Part shown: in pieces, positions 1-8,915 of the stretch
Layout of the letters: each line of letters begins with the position of its first letter
How positions within the stretch are numbered: the stretch's first letter is position 1
Source: Nannocystis bainbridge
GTDB lineage: Bacteria > Myxococcota_A > Polyangia > Nannocystales > Nannocystaceae
Length of the DNA stretch: 64,000 bases
Direction of reading: 5' to 3'
NCBI RefSeq assembly: GCF_028368995.1
Contig: NZ_JAQNDL010000001.1
Coordinates: 832,001-896,000, forward strand
Position numbers and translations under genes: made by a program
The notes under the pieces: model-generated
The model's database searches: none
What the model was told of the DNA's origin: nothing
Seen by the model: the letters and a program-made list of their open reading frames with translations, nothing else

Positions 1-1238
1 TCGTCGAGCTGCCGACCGGCGCCGGCAAGACCATCCTCGCCGTGCTCGCCATCGTCCACACCGGTCGGCCCGCGCTGATCGTCGTGCCCACCATCGACCT
101 GATGTTGCAGTGGCAACAGGTCCTGGGCCACTGGCTGCAGCGCCCCATCGGTCTGCTCGGCGGCGGCAACAGCGACGCCCGCGAGATCACCGTCACCACC
201 TACGACTCGGCCGCTGCCCAGACCGAGTTTCACGGCAACCGCCACGGTCTCCTCGTGTGCGACGAGTGCCACCACCTGCCCGCGCCCGCCTACCGCTTCA
301 TCGCCCAGGGTTGCCTCGCCCCGTTCCGGCTCGGCCTCACCGCCACCTTCGAGCGCCCCGACGGCCTCCACAGCGTCGCCGCCGACCTCCTCGGCCCCGT
401 CTGTTATCGGGCCAACATCGACGAGCTCGAGGGCGACTACCTCGCCCCCTACGAGGTCAAGTCACTCGCGGTCGCCCTGAGCGAAGAAGAGCAGGCCCGC
501 TATGACGAGGCGCGCGCCCTCTACATCGATTTCCTGCGCGGCAGCGGCGTCAGCCTCGATCGCCCTGGCGGCTGGGCCCAGTTCATCGCTGTCTGCCACC
601 GCAGCGAGGACGGACGCCAGGCGTTCGCCGCCTACCGCGAGCAGAAGCGGATCGCCTTCACCGCCGAGGCCAAGATCGAGGCCATGTGGCGCCTGCTCCT
701 GCGTCACCGCCGCGACCGGATCCTCGTGTTCACCGAGGACAACGACACCGTCCACCGCCTGTCGCGCCTGTTCCTCCTGCCCGTCATCACCCACCAGACC
801 CCGCCGAAGGAGCGCGTCTCGCTGCTGGCCCAGTTCGCCTCCGGCGCCCTGCCGGTGCTGCTCACCTCCAAGGTCCTCAACGAAGGCGTCGACGTCCCCG
901 ACGCCAACGTCGGCATCATCCTCTCCGGCAGCGGCTCGGTCCGCGAGCACGTGCAGCGCCTCGGGCGAATCTTGCGCAAGAAAGAGGGCAAGCGCGCCAC
1001 CCTCTACGAGCTCTGCACCGCCGTCGCCGCCGAGCACGGCGTCAGCGAGCGCCGCCGCCAGCACCGCGCCTACCAGAAGGAGCCGCAGCCCCGCCGCGGC
1101 CCCGCCGTCCTGCGCCCCGGCCCGCTCGACCAGATCCCCGGCGACATGGCCGATGCACCAGGTCCTTCAGAACATGTCTCCGAAGACATGTCCGAAGCGC
1201 CACCCCGTCCCCGCTCGACCGCCGAGGGCGAATGCTGA
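1..1238 (+). CDS. XPB/Rad25(SSL2)-like DEAD/DEAH-box SF2 helicase, 5'-truncated by window edge
   Basis: Frame open from the window start: Walker A LPTGAGKT (about nt 9-32), DECHH motif II, LGLTAT motif III, EGVDVPDA, QRLGRILR motif VI; low-complexity C-terminal tail. Confidence 0.9.
   Translation, partial: VELPTGAGKTILAVLAIVHTGRPALIVVPTIDLMLQWQQVLGHWLQRPIGLLGGGNSDAREITVTTYDSAAAQTEFHGNRHGLLVCDECHHLPAPAYRFIAQGCLAPFRLGLTATFERPDGLHSVAADLLGPVCYRANIDELEGDYLAPYEVKSLAVALSEEEQARYDEARALYIDFLRGSGVSLDRPGGWAQFIAVCHRSEDGRQAFAAYREQKRIAFTAEAKIEAMWRLLLRHRRDRILVFTEDNDTVHRLSRLFLLPVITHQTPPKERVSLLAQFASGALPVLLTSKVLNEGVDVPDANVGIILSGSGSVREHVQRLGRILRKKEGKRATLYELCTAVAAEHGVSERRRQHRAYQKEPQPRRGPAVLRPGPLDQIPGDMADAPGPSEHVSEDMSEAPPRPRSTAEGEC
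1142..1193. repeat. 14-bp-period CATG array inside helicase C-terminal tail
   Basis: Cores at 1145, 1159 (CAGG), 1173, 1187. Confidence 0.7.
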
Positions 1239-1480
1239 CCTCCGCTCCGCCGCCCTCGCTCGCGCGAGGCCACCTCACCGCCGGTTCGCCTCGCCAGACC
1301 CGGGAGGGCGAATGCTGACCTCCGCTCCGCCGCCCTCGCTCGCGCGAGACCACCTCACCGCCGGTTCGCCTCGCCAGACCCCGGAGGGCGAATGCTGACC
1401 TCCGCTCCGCCGCCCTCGCTCGCGCGAGACCCCCTCGCCGCCGGTTCGCCTCGCCAGACCCCGGAGGCCGAATGCTGACC
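1224..1480 (+). repeat. 80-bp tandem repeat, 3 full units plus a partial, spanning the helicase stop and DUF790 start
   Basis: GAATGCTGACC recurs at 1230, 1310, 1390 and 1470; units are nearly identical. Confidence 0.95.
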
Positions 1481-2677
1481 CGCGACCTCCTCGTGTTCCG
1501 CCGGGTCAAGGGCGAGCGCCTGCGCCCCACCTTCGTCGACCCTGACGACGACGATCACCTGGCCACCGCCGGCGCCCTGATCGAGCTCCTCAGCCACGGC
1601 GCCGGCGAGCCGCGCGGCGCCGTCGACGAGGCCGCCGACGCCATCTGCGGCGAGGCGCGCAAGGTCAAGGTCGCGCGCGGCCTCTACAAGCTGCTCACCG
1701 ACCGCTGCGAGTGGGACGACCCCGGCGACACCGCCATGAGCCTGCGCGCCGTCGCCTTCGCCCGCAGCGCCGAGGTCCTGCGCGACCTGTCCGAAGCGTC
1801 CTCGCTGTCCGACTACCTGGCCGCCATCGCCGCCGGCCTGCCGCGCCCGCTCGCCGACGTGCGGGCCCACCTCTACGACGACCTCGCCGAGCACCGGCGC
1901 CTGCTGTCCGCCAAGCTGCCGACCCCGGCCGCGCTGCTGGCCCGCTACAACCTCGCGCTGGCCCAGGGCCTCGTGCTCTACGCCGGCAGCCTCGACGTCC
2001 GGACCACCAGCCCCGGCCCGCTCGAGCTGCGCAAGCTGCTGCGCTGGCTCCGCTTCTCACGCCTGGTCGCCGACGTGCGCCGCGACGGCGACGGCTGGCA
2101 CCTGCGGATCGAAGGCCCGGCCGCGCAGCTCGACATGCAGAAGAAGTACGGCCTGCAGCTCGCTACCTTCCTCGGCGCCGTCCCGGTGCTCGGCAAGTTC
2201 ACCGTCGAGGCCGACATCGACCTGCCGCGCCAGTCTCGCGGCCGGCTCTACCTCGATCACAAAGACCCGCTCCGGGCGCTCGACGACGGCCCGCTCGGCC
2301 ACATCCCGCCGGAGATCGAGCTCGGCATGGCGAGCCTCGGCGACGCCCGCTGGACCCTCGAGCCGATGCCCGAGCTGCGCCACGTCGGCGCCGCCGGCAT
2401 GTGCGTGCCCGACTTCGGCCTGCGCGACGCCGCCACCGGCAAGTGCGTCGCCGTCGAGCTGTTCCACCGCTGGCACCGCCACGCCCTCCTGCGCCGCCTC
2501 GAGGAGCTCGCCGCCCGCCCCGACCCGCTCTTCCTCGTCGGCGTCGACCTCACCCTCGCCAAGGACGAGGCCCTCGCCGCCCGCCTCGCCGCCGCCCCCC
2601 AGGTCTTCACATTTAATAAGTTTCCGACCTGGAAGCGCCTGCAGCCGCTGCTAGAGCCGCTCGGCAGCCTGCTCTGA
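1472..2677 (+). CDS. DUF790 family (Bax1-like) PD-(D/E)XK endonuclease
   Basis: MLTRDLL start, RYNLALAQGL, IEGP...KKYGLQLA and VPDF...AVELF motifs; lies directly after an XPB-like helicase. Confidence 0.85.
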   Translation: MLTRDLLVFRRVKGERLRPTFVDPDDDDHLATAGALIELLSHGAGEPRGAVDEAADAICGEARKVKVARGLYKLLTDRCEWDDPGDTAMSLRAVAFARSAEVLRDLSEASSLSDYLAAIAAGLPRPLADVRAHLYDDLAEHRRLLSAKLPTPAALLARYNLALAQGLVLYAGSLDVRTTSPGPLELRKLLRWLRFSRLVADVRRDGDGWHLRIEGPAAQLDMQKKYGLQLATFLGAVPVLGKFTVEADIDLPRQSRGRLYLDHKDPLRALDDGPLGHIPPEIELGMASLGDARWTLEPMPELRHVGAAGMCVPDFGLRDAATGKCVAVELFHRWHRHALLRRLEELAARPDPLFLVGVDLTLAKDEALAARLAAAPQVFTFNKFPTWKRLQPLLEPLGSLL

Positions 2678-2678
2678 A

Positions 2679-2772
2679 CGCCATGCCCCTCGGGACATGT
2701 TCTAAACGACATGCACATTCGCCCATGTCGTTTAGAACATGTTCAATAGGACATGTTCAATAGGACATGTTC
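2679..2772. repeat. 14-bp-period CATG palindrome array (7 units)
   Basis: CATG at 2682, 2696, 2710, 2724, 2738, 2752, 2766. Confidence 0.95.
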
Positions 2773-2815
2773 AAGGATCGCCGAGCTCCTCGCGGTCCGC
2801 GCCGCGCTCAGGCAC

Positions 2816-3000
2816 GCGAGCCCGTCGTCGTCGCTCGATGGTCCGCATGACGCCGCGAGCAGTCGCCAGTCCCCGAGCTCGTCGTCGTCGCTCGATGGGT
2901 CCGCATGACGCCGCGACCCATCACCAGGCCCCCGAGCTCGTCGTCGTCGCTCCATAGTCCGCAGGACGCCGCGAGCCGTCACCAGACCCCGGATTCGTCG
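2816..3000. repeat. Degenerate tandem repeat of about 58 bp, 3 copies
   Basis: GAGCTCGTCGTCGTCGCTCGATGGTCCGCATGACGCCGCGA-like unit recurring in the convergent intergenic space. Confidence 0.8.
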
Positions 3001-3067
3001 GTCCTGGCGCACATGCCCGATCGGCCATCTCGCCCCGGACCGCGCTAGCGCGCTCACCCTGGCGCGC

Positions 3068-3538
3068 TCACGCTTGCGGGTCGAGGTTGTCGCGCACCAT
3101 CTCGGTCGTGCGCGCGATCGCCTCGATCTCCTGCGGCGAGAACCCGGCGAACGCGCGGTCGAGCAGCGCGTTCGACACCTCGAGCAGCTTCGGCAGCGCC
3201 GCGTAGGCGCGGCGGGTCGGTCGCACCAGGATCGCACGGCTGTCGGTCGGGTCGGACGTGCGCTCGACCCAGCCCACGCCTTCGAGCGCGCGCACGAAGC
3301 GGCCGACCGTCACCTCCGACAGGCCCATCAGGTTCGCTAGCTGGCGGGCCGTCTGCGGCGCGCGCTCTTGAAACAGGTGGATGAGCACGCCGAGCTGCGC
3401 TGGCGTCACGTCCTGGAGCCCCGACTCGACCAGCAGGTCCGCCACCTTGCGCTCGAGCTCGCGGTGGATCCGCGACAGGTTGAGGTACGCCTCGCTTTGC
3501 AGCCGCCGCAGGCGCAGCTCGGACCCGGTCGTCGCCAT
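3068..3538 (-). CDS. MarR family transcriptional regulator
   Basis: 156 aa; TPAQLGVL, winged HTH LANLMGLSEVTVGRFVRALE, DPTDSRA motif. Confidence 0.9.
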   Translation of the reverse strand: MATTGSELRLRRLQSEAYLNLSRIHRELERKVADLLVESGLQDVTPAQLGVLIHLFQERAPQTARQLANLMGLSEVTVGRFVRALEGVGWVERTSDPTDSRAILVRPTRRAYAALPKLLEVSNALLDRAFAGFSPQEIEAIARTTEMVRDNLDPQA

Positions 3539-3729
3539 CGACCGCGCTTTCTACCAGAGCCGCGGCGCCGCAGGCTGCGCGTCCGATCGTCACCGCCGGC
3601 GCGCGCGAGCTGACAAAATGTCACGCTTACGCACCGGTCCACGTGTGGCAAGCCGCGCCACGTCAAACTCCCGCGAGGTCTTCACGTGTGGCATCCTGGT
3701 TGCACAGCCGTCGAGCGCTGCCACCGCCT

Positions 3730-5844
3730 ATGCGTCCGCACGACCTTTCGCGTCCTGCTGCTCTCCTCCTCGCCGGCCTGTGCGCCCTCGGACCGTCCGC
3801 CGAAGCCACCGCCCAGACCCCGCCCCCGAGCGGCGGCACCGGTTCAGGGGCCTCGTTCCCGCCGGCCGACGCGTTCACGATCCAGTACTGGCTCGTCAAC
3901 GAGAAGGGCAACTTCCTCCGGCCGCTGACGGAGAAGTACTTCAATCAGTTCATCAACCGGGCCCGCTGCCAGTGCGGGCAGCAGATCGGCGTCATCATCC
4001 GCCTCAAGAAGACGATGGCGGCCTATTCCACCGGCGAACAGCTCCAGAGCTTCGTCGGCACCCAGTGCTCGACCGCCGAGACCGCGCTCGCCGGCCAGTT
4101 CCGCCGCTGCGCCCAGTTCGGGGCCGAGCTGGTGTCCACCTATCAGCAGGGCATCACCACCTCGTTCCACCCGATCTGGCTGGCCAACGGCGTCAATCCC
4201 GACACGCCCTCGCGCAATCCGGGCGAGGCGTTCACCGCCGGCAAGTGCGACGCCAACGTCACCGGCGAGGCCGGCGTGTGGATGTGCGCGCCCAACATGA
4301 ACAACATGGGCAACTGCCAGGCCGACGAGTTCTTCGTCCAGGGCGCGCAGAACATCAACCTGCCGAGCAGGACCGGCGGCATCAAGTACGACTTTCAGCC
4401 GCCGCTGCTCAAGATCACGAACTTCACTGCCGAGCCGGGTGACAACGCCGTCGTCCTCAGCTGGCAGGCTGGCTCGGGCGACGTCAACGGCTTCCGCATC
4501 CTGTGCGAGGACGCCGCCACCGGCCAGCCCGTCGCGGGTCTTGCGAAGCCCTTCGCCCACCCGTACGAGACCATCCCCAACGGTCAGTTCTACTTCACCA
4601 AGGACAACCTCTGCCCGAACGGCCCCTTCAGCACCTTCAACTCCGGTGAGGACAACCCGCTCGGCACCACCAGCGACGGTGACGACAGCGACACCGACGG
4701 CATTGGCGGCACCGACTCGGTCGGCGACTCCGCCGGTGACACCGACGGCAGCGAACCGAACACCGAGTGCGGCAACGAGATCATCGAGGCCGGCGAAGAG
4801 TGCGACGACGGCGATGCCAACGCCGATGACGCGGCGTGCGGCAGCGACTGCACGCGCAGTCGCTGCGGGGACGGTCGAGTCCAGGCCGACGTCGAGGAGT
4901 GCGACGACGGCAACGACGAGGACGGCGACGCCTGCACGAACGCCTGCAAGAACGCCATCTGCGGCGACGGCAGCCTCTGGGTCGGCATGGAGAACTGCGA
5001 CATGGGCGCTGTCAACGCCGACGGCGGCGCGTCCCCATGCAACACGGAGTGCCAGGTCGTCGACTGCGCCAGCATGATGAACGGCTGCCCCGAATGCGGC
5101 GACGGCGTCCTGGTCGCTCCCAACTGCGATGACGGCCCGCTGAACTCCGACCACGCCACCTGCAAAAACGACTGCACGTGGAACGTGTGCGGCGACGGCT
5201 TCGTGTTCAGTGACCCGCCGGACGGCGGCATCCCGGAGGAGTGCGACGACGGCAACGACGATGACACCGACGCTTGCACGAAAGAGTGCCTGCGGGCCGT
5301 CTGCGGCGACGGCTTCTTGTGGGCGGGCGTCGAGCAGTGCGACGACGGCAACGACATCGACGACGACGATTGCGCCAACAATTGCCGCGAGCCCGCCTGC
5401 GGCGACAACATCGTCCAGTCCGGCGAAGAGTGCGACAACGGCGTCAACAACAGCGCCACCTCGAGCTGCAGCCCCGATTGCAAGTTCACCGCCAGCCCGG
5501 GGATGTTGAACCTCGACTGGCGCTACGTCTGCAGCGACCACATCCCGTTCAGCACCAAGAGCTACCGGATCCGCGGCCTCGAGAACGGCAAGGAGTACAA
5601 CTTCCTGCTCGTCCCGTACGACCTGATCGGCAACCCCGCGCCGGTCGACAACATCGTGCGCGCCATCCCCGTCGCTACCTACGACTTGTGGGAGCAGTGC
5701 GAGGAGGACGGCGGCATCTGCGGCGCCTCCGGCTATTGCAACGTTAGCGACGAATCGGGCGGCGGCCTGGCCCTGTTCACCGCCCTCGCAGCATTCGGCA
5801 TCGGCGGCCTCGGCGTCGCCAACCGGAGAAGGAACCGCGCGTGA
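3730..5844 (+). CDS. Secreted MYXO-CTERM-type surface protein (MXAN_2561-like) with FN3 domain and DUF4215 Cys-rich repeats
   Basis: Signal peptide from ATG 3730; repeated CGDG...EECDDGN...C units; FN3 strands AEPGDNAVVLSW and GLENGKEYNF; C-terminal GYC, hydrophobic helix and RRR. Confidence 0.75.
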   Translation: MRPHDLSRPAALLLAGLCALGPSAEATAQTPPPSGGTGSGASFPPADAFTIQYWLVNEKGNFLRPLTEKYFNQFINRARCQCGQQIGVIIRLKKTMAAYSTGEQLQSFVGTQCSTAETALAGQFRRCAQFGAELVSTYQQGITTSFHPIWLANGVNPDTPSRNPGEAFTAGKCDANVTGEAGVWMCAPNMNNMGNCQADEFFVQGAQNINLPSRTGGIKYDFQPPLLKITNFTAEPGDNAVVLSWQAGSGDVNGFRILCEDAATGQPVAGLAKPFAHPYETIPNGQFYFTKDNLCPNGPFSTFNSGEDNPLGTTSDGDDSDTDGIGGTDSVGDSAGDTDGSEPNTECGNEIIEAGEECDDGDANADDAACGSDCTRSRCGDGRVQADVEECDDGNDEDGDACTNACKNAICGDGSLWVGMENCDMGAVNADGGASPCNTECQVVDCASMMNGCPECGDGVLVAPNCDDGPLNSDHATCKNDCTWNVCGDGFVFSDPPDGGIPEECDDGNDDDTDACTKECLRAVCGDGFLWAGVEQCDDGNDIDDDDCANNCREPACGDNIVQSGEECDNGVNNSATSSCSPDCKFTASPGMLNLDWRYVCSDHIPFSTKSYRIRGLENGKEYNFLLVPYDLIGNPAPVDNIVRAIPVATYDLWEQCEEDGGICGASGYCNVSDESGGGLALFTALAAFGIGGLGVANRRRNRA

Positions 5845-6908
5845 TCGCCTTCGCCTTGACCCTGGTCGCCGCGCCCGCGCCGGCCGACATGACGATCACC
5901 GGCGACGCCGGCACTCCTCCGCCGCCGCCGGCCCAGGGCGCGAGCGTCCCGCCCGCGCCTGCCCCCGAGTCCAGCTCGCCCGGCACGACCCCCGGCGAGA
6001 CCCGCCAGGGCGAGCTGTTCGGCCCGCCCTACGGCTCGCGCGTCGGCGAGAAGCGCGAGGGCGAGGTCTGGCGGCCGATCGAGGGCCCCACTTACGACAA
6101 GCAGCCGGTCCCGAGCGAGTCGGCGGTCACTGGCCAGAGCAACCCCGACCTCACCGACAGCCTCAGCAAGAAGAAGCAGGCCCCACCGACCGGCGAGAGC
6201 CGGCAGCGGTTCGCGCTCGAGGTCAAGATGGGCCCGTATCTGCCCGACGTCGACCGCAACTGGAGCGGCGAGGGCTTCGGCCCCTACGCCAAGGTCTTCG
6301 GCGAGACCGACTCGCGCGGCATCACCATCGGCCCGCCGAAAAAGAGCATTTACGGAGGTCTCGCCTTCGAGTGGCAGATCACCAAGAAGCTGGCCGGCCC
6401 GATCGGCATCGGTATTCAGTGGACCATGGCCCGCGACAAGGCCCAGGCCCCGCTCGCCGAGCCCCCGGACGAGGGCCCCACCCGCAGCCGCGCCGACACC
6501 GTGCGCTTCACCGTCATGCCGATCGCCTTCCAGGCGGTCTACCGCTTCGAACTGCTGGCCGACAAGGTCCGCTGGGCCCCGTTCGTCCCCTACGTCAAGG
6601 CCGGCGTCGCCTATGCCTTTTGGTGGACCAAGAACGGCAACGGCAACATCGCCGTCATCAAGGACGGCACCGAGGTCGTCGACCGCGGCCGCGGCGGCGT
6701 GTGGGGCTACCAGATCAACCTCGGCATGATGCTGCGGCTCGATTTCCTCGACCCCGGCACCGCCCGCACCTTCGACCGGATCTCCGGCATCAACCACACC
6801 TACATCATCGGCGAGTGGCAGCTGACCCGGCTCTCGAACTTCGGGCGCAAGGACAGCATGAACCTCGGCGACAGCACCTGGATGATCGGACTCGCCACCG
6901 AGTTCTGA
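5841..6908 (+). CDS. Outer-membrane beta-barrel protein (MXAN_2562-like)
   Basis: GTGA overlap with upstream gene; ALEVKMGPYLPDVD, VPYVKAGVAYAFWW, alternating beta strands, terminal Phe (LATEF). Confidence 0.75.
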   Translation: MIAFALTLVAAPAPADMTITGDAGTPPPPPAQGASVPPAPAPESSSPGTTPGETRQGELFGPPYGSRVGEKREGEVWRPIEGPTYDKQPVPSESAVTGQSNPDLTDSLSKKKQAPPTGESRQRFALEVKMGPYLPDVDRNWSGEGFGPYAKVFGETDSRGITIGPPKKSIYGGLAFEWQITKKLAGPIGIGIQWTMARDKAQAPLAEPPDEGPTRSRADTVRFTVMPIAFQAVYRFELLADKVRWAPFVPYVKAGVAYAFWWTKNGNGNIAVIKDGTEVVDRGRGGVWGYQINLGMMLRLDFLDPGTARTFDRISGINHTYIIGEWQLTRLSNFGRKDSMNLGDSTWMIGLATEF

Positions 6909-6924
6909 GCCGGCCTGCGCGTCA

Positions 6925-7013
6925 GGACATGTGCATGAGGACATGGCCTCTTGCACATGTCCTGATGCACATCCCCTGAATCAATAGCCCTACATGTCCC
7001 TCGGGACATTGTC
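6925..7013. repeat. 14-bp-period CATG array
   Basis: Cores at 6928, 6942, 6956, 6970 (CATC), then 6993, 7007 (CATT). Confidence 0.85.
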
Positions 7014-7024
7014 GGCACCGCGCC

Positions 7025-7558
7025 TCAGCGGTACACGTGCCCTTGCGCTTGCAGCGCGGCCTCGATGCGCGTCAGCTCGCGCAGGATCGCCTCGATGCGC
7101 ACATCCAGCGTCGGCCGTCCGGGCAGCTTCAAGCGGGCGCGCTCGAACGCCCCGTTCTCGGCCTCCATCGCCCCGCGGATCGCCCCAGCGCCGGCCCCGA
7201 GCGCCTCGAGCTCCTGGCGCTCGTGCGGCTGCAGCCCCTCGATCATCGCCAGCCACAGCCCGACCTCGCGGCTGGCGTCGAGCAGCACCGCGTCGAACCC
7301 CTCGACATCGTCGTCGGTGCGGGTCAGGTCGGTCGCCAGTTGGTCGCGCACCGCTTGCAGCGGCGACTCGAGCCAGATCCGCAGCGTCCGCGTCTCGCGG
7401 GCTACGCGGGCCAGCGTCTCGCTCAGGTGGGCCAGCTGCAGCGGCTTGTCCTGGCCCGACTCGAGGTAGCGGCGGGCCGCCGCGTCGGCGCGGCGCAGGC
7501 GGATGAACCCGTAGCCGACCAGCAGCACCGTCACCGCGGCGATGAAGAGCGTCTCCAT
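7025..7558 (-). CDS. Hypothetical protein with N-terminal membrane anchor
   Basis: 177 aa; hydrophobic N-terminus followed by helical, charged body. Confidence 0.7.
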   Translation of the reverse strand: METLFIAAVTVLLVGYGFIRLRRADAAARRYLESGQDKPLQLAHLSETLARVARETRTLRIWLESPLQAVRDQLATDLTRTDDDVEGFDAVLLDASREVGLWLAMIEGLQPHERQELEALGAGAGAIRGAMEAENGAFERARLKLPGRPTLDVRIEAILRELTRIEAALQAQGHVYR

Positions 7559-7868
7559 CTCACGCGGCGGCGCCGCCCGGATCGGCGGGGGCTGGGGCGC
7601 GCATCGTCGCGACGCGCGCGCAGGTCACGGACGTGTAACGTGACGCATCGCCGGGCGCGGCGCCGGGCGTGCGCTCGGAGCCCGACGGCGCGGTCACGGA
7701 CATGCCGCCGCGTCGCGTCTCGACGGTGGATCCGAGCTCGGGCGGCGCCGCGGACATGGGCTCTGCATCATAGCGCCGAAGCCTCGCTACCGTGACCGCC
7801 CCGCCGGTCCACCCGCGCGACGCGCCGTGCTTTCGGCCACATCGCTGCGGGTGTACGCTCGGCGCACC

Positions 7869-8042
7869 GTGGCCACGCCCAAGAAGTACCGCTGCCTCGT
7901 CTGCGAGCACATTTACGACCCCGTGGAAGGCGATCCCGGGAGCAACATCGCCCCCGGGACGGCGTTCGAGGACATCCCGGAGGACTGGTACTGCCCGGAC
8001 TGCGGCGCCACCAAGGCGGACTTCGAGCCCATCGAGGGGTGA
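7869..8042 (+). CDS. Rubredoxin
   Basis: [10 protein letters not shown]...[18 protein letters not shown]: two CxxC motifs; probable GTG start. Confidence 0.95.
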   Translation: MATPKKYRCLVCEHIYDPVEGDPGSNIAPGTAFEDIPEDWYCPDCGATKADFEPIEG

Positions 8043-8356
8043 GTCCGGGGCAGGCCGCCCGCGTCCGGACCTGGCTCTTGGGACCTGTCCGGATGAGCTC
8101 GCCGAGACCTGCGGGCGCGGCCCTCGTCACGCTGTTCAGGCGCGCCCCGGGGCGCGCTTCGATCGTCGTCGGGCGAGCCGAGCGCCGCCTGCGCGGGCGC
8201 GCGCCGATGCATGGGTCCACACTCCCCCAGCCATCGCGGACGGCCGCCGTTCGCCAGCCTGCAGGGTTTCACGACAGGCTTCGAGACCCCAACGCGGCGC
8301 ACGTCCGTCCGAGTTTGCTCTGGACGAGGAACCGTAAACCTTGCACCCTGGAGGGC

Positions 8357-8773
8357 GTGACGACACGTGCTCCACGGGTCTTGGTTGTTGAGGACGACGC
8401 GGCGACGGCCAGGGTGGTCAAGGGCGCGCTGACCGAGGCCGGGTTCGTCGTCGAGACCCTGGACAAGGGCTTCCTGCTGGTCGCCGTCGTCATGCGGTTC
8501 CAGCCCGACATGGTGGTGCTCGACCTCAACCTGCCGGACATGCGGGGCGACACGGCCATGAAGATGGTCCGGCGGGCCACCAACGTCGGCGGCAAGACCC
8601 TGCCGGTGGTCATCCTCAGCGGCATGCCGATCGAGCAACTGATGGAGATCCAGGGCCACCTGGGCGCCGTGGGCTGCATCCAGAAGCCGGCCTCGCTCGA
8701 CACCATCGTCGACCGCCTGTGCCAGCTGCTGTCGTGGCCGCGCAAGGATCGCAAGCCCGAGGCCGCTACCTGA
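8357..8773 (+). CDS. Single-domain response regulator (receiver only)
   Basis: VLVVEDD, VLDLNLPDMRG, ILSG, KP; GGAGG-like site before GTG 8357. Confidence 0.88.
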   Translation: MTTRAPRVLVVEDDAATARVVKGALTEAGFVVETLDKGFLLVAVVMRFQPDMVVLDLNLPDMRGDTAMKMVRRATNVGGKTLPVVILSGMPIEQLMEIQGHLGAVGCIQKPASLDTIVDRLCQLLSWPRKDRKPEAAT

Positions 8774-8806
8774 CCGGCCGGGCGGCCGTCCCCATGCTGC
8801 CTGTAA

Positions 8807-8844
8807 GGACATGTCTCTCCTGGCATGTCCCAAGAGACATCCGA
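8807..8844. repeat. 14-bp-period CATG array
   Basis: Cores at 8810, 8824, 8838 (CATC). Confidence 0.75.
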
Positions 8845-8915
8845 AGAGCGACCGCGAGCTCGCCGCCGTGTAGATAGAGCTTGTGGCGAGCGGCGCGCGC
8901 CATGAATCTCGGCGG

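Noticed and set aside
1224-1480. Possible CRISPR array
   Set aside because: Units are near-identical over the full 80 bp with no unique spacers, and there are no cas genes in the window.
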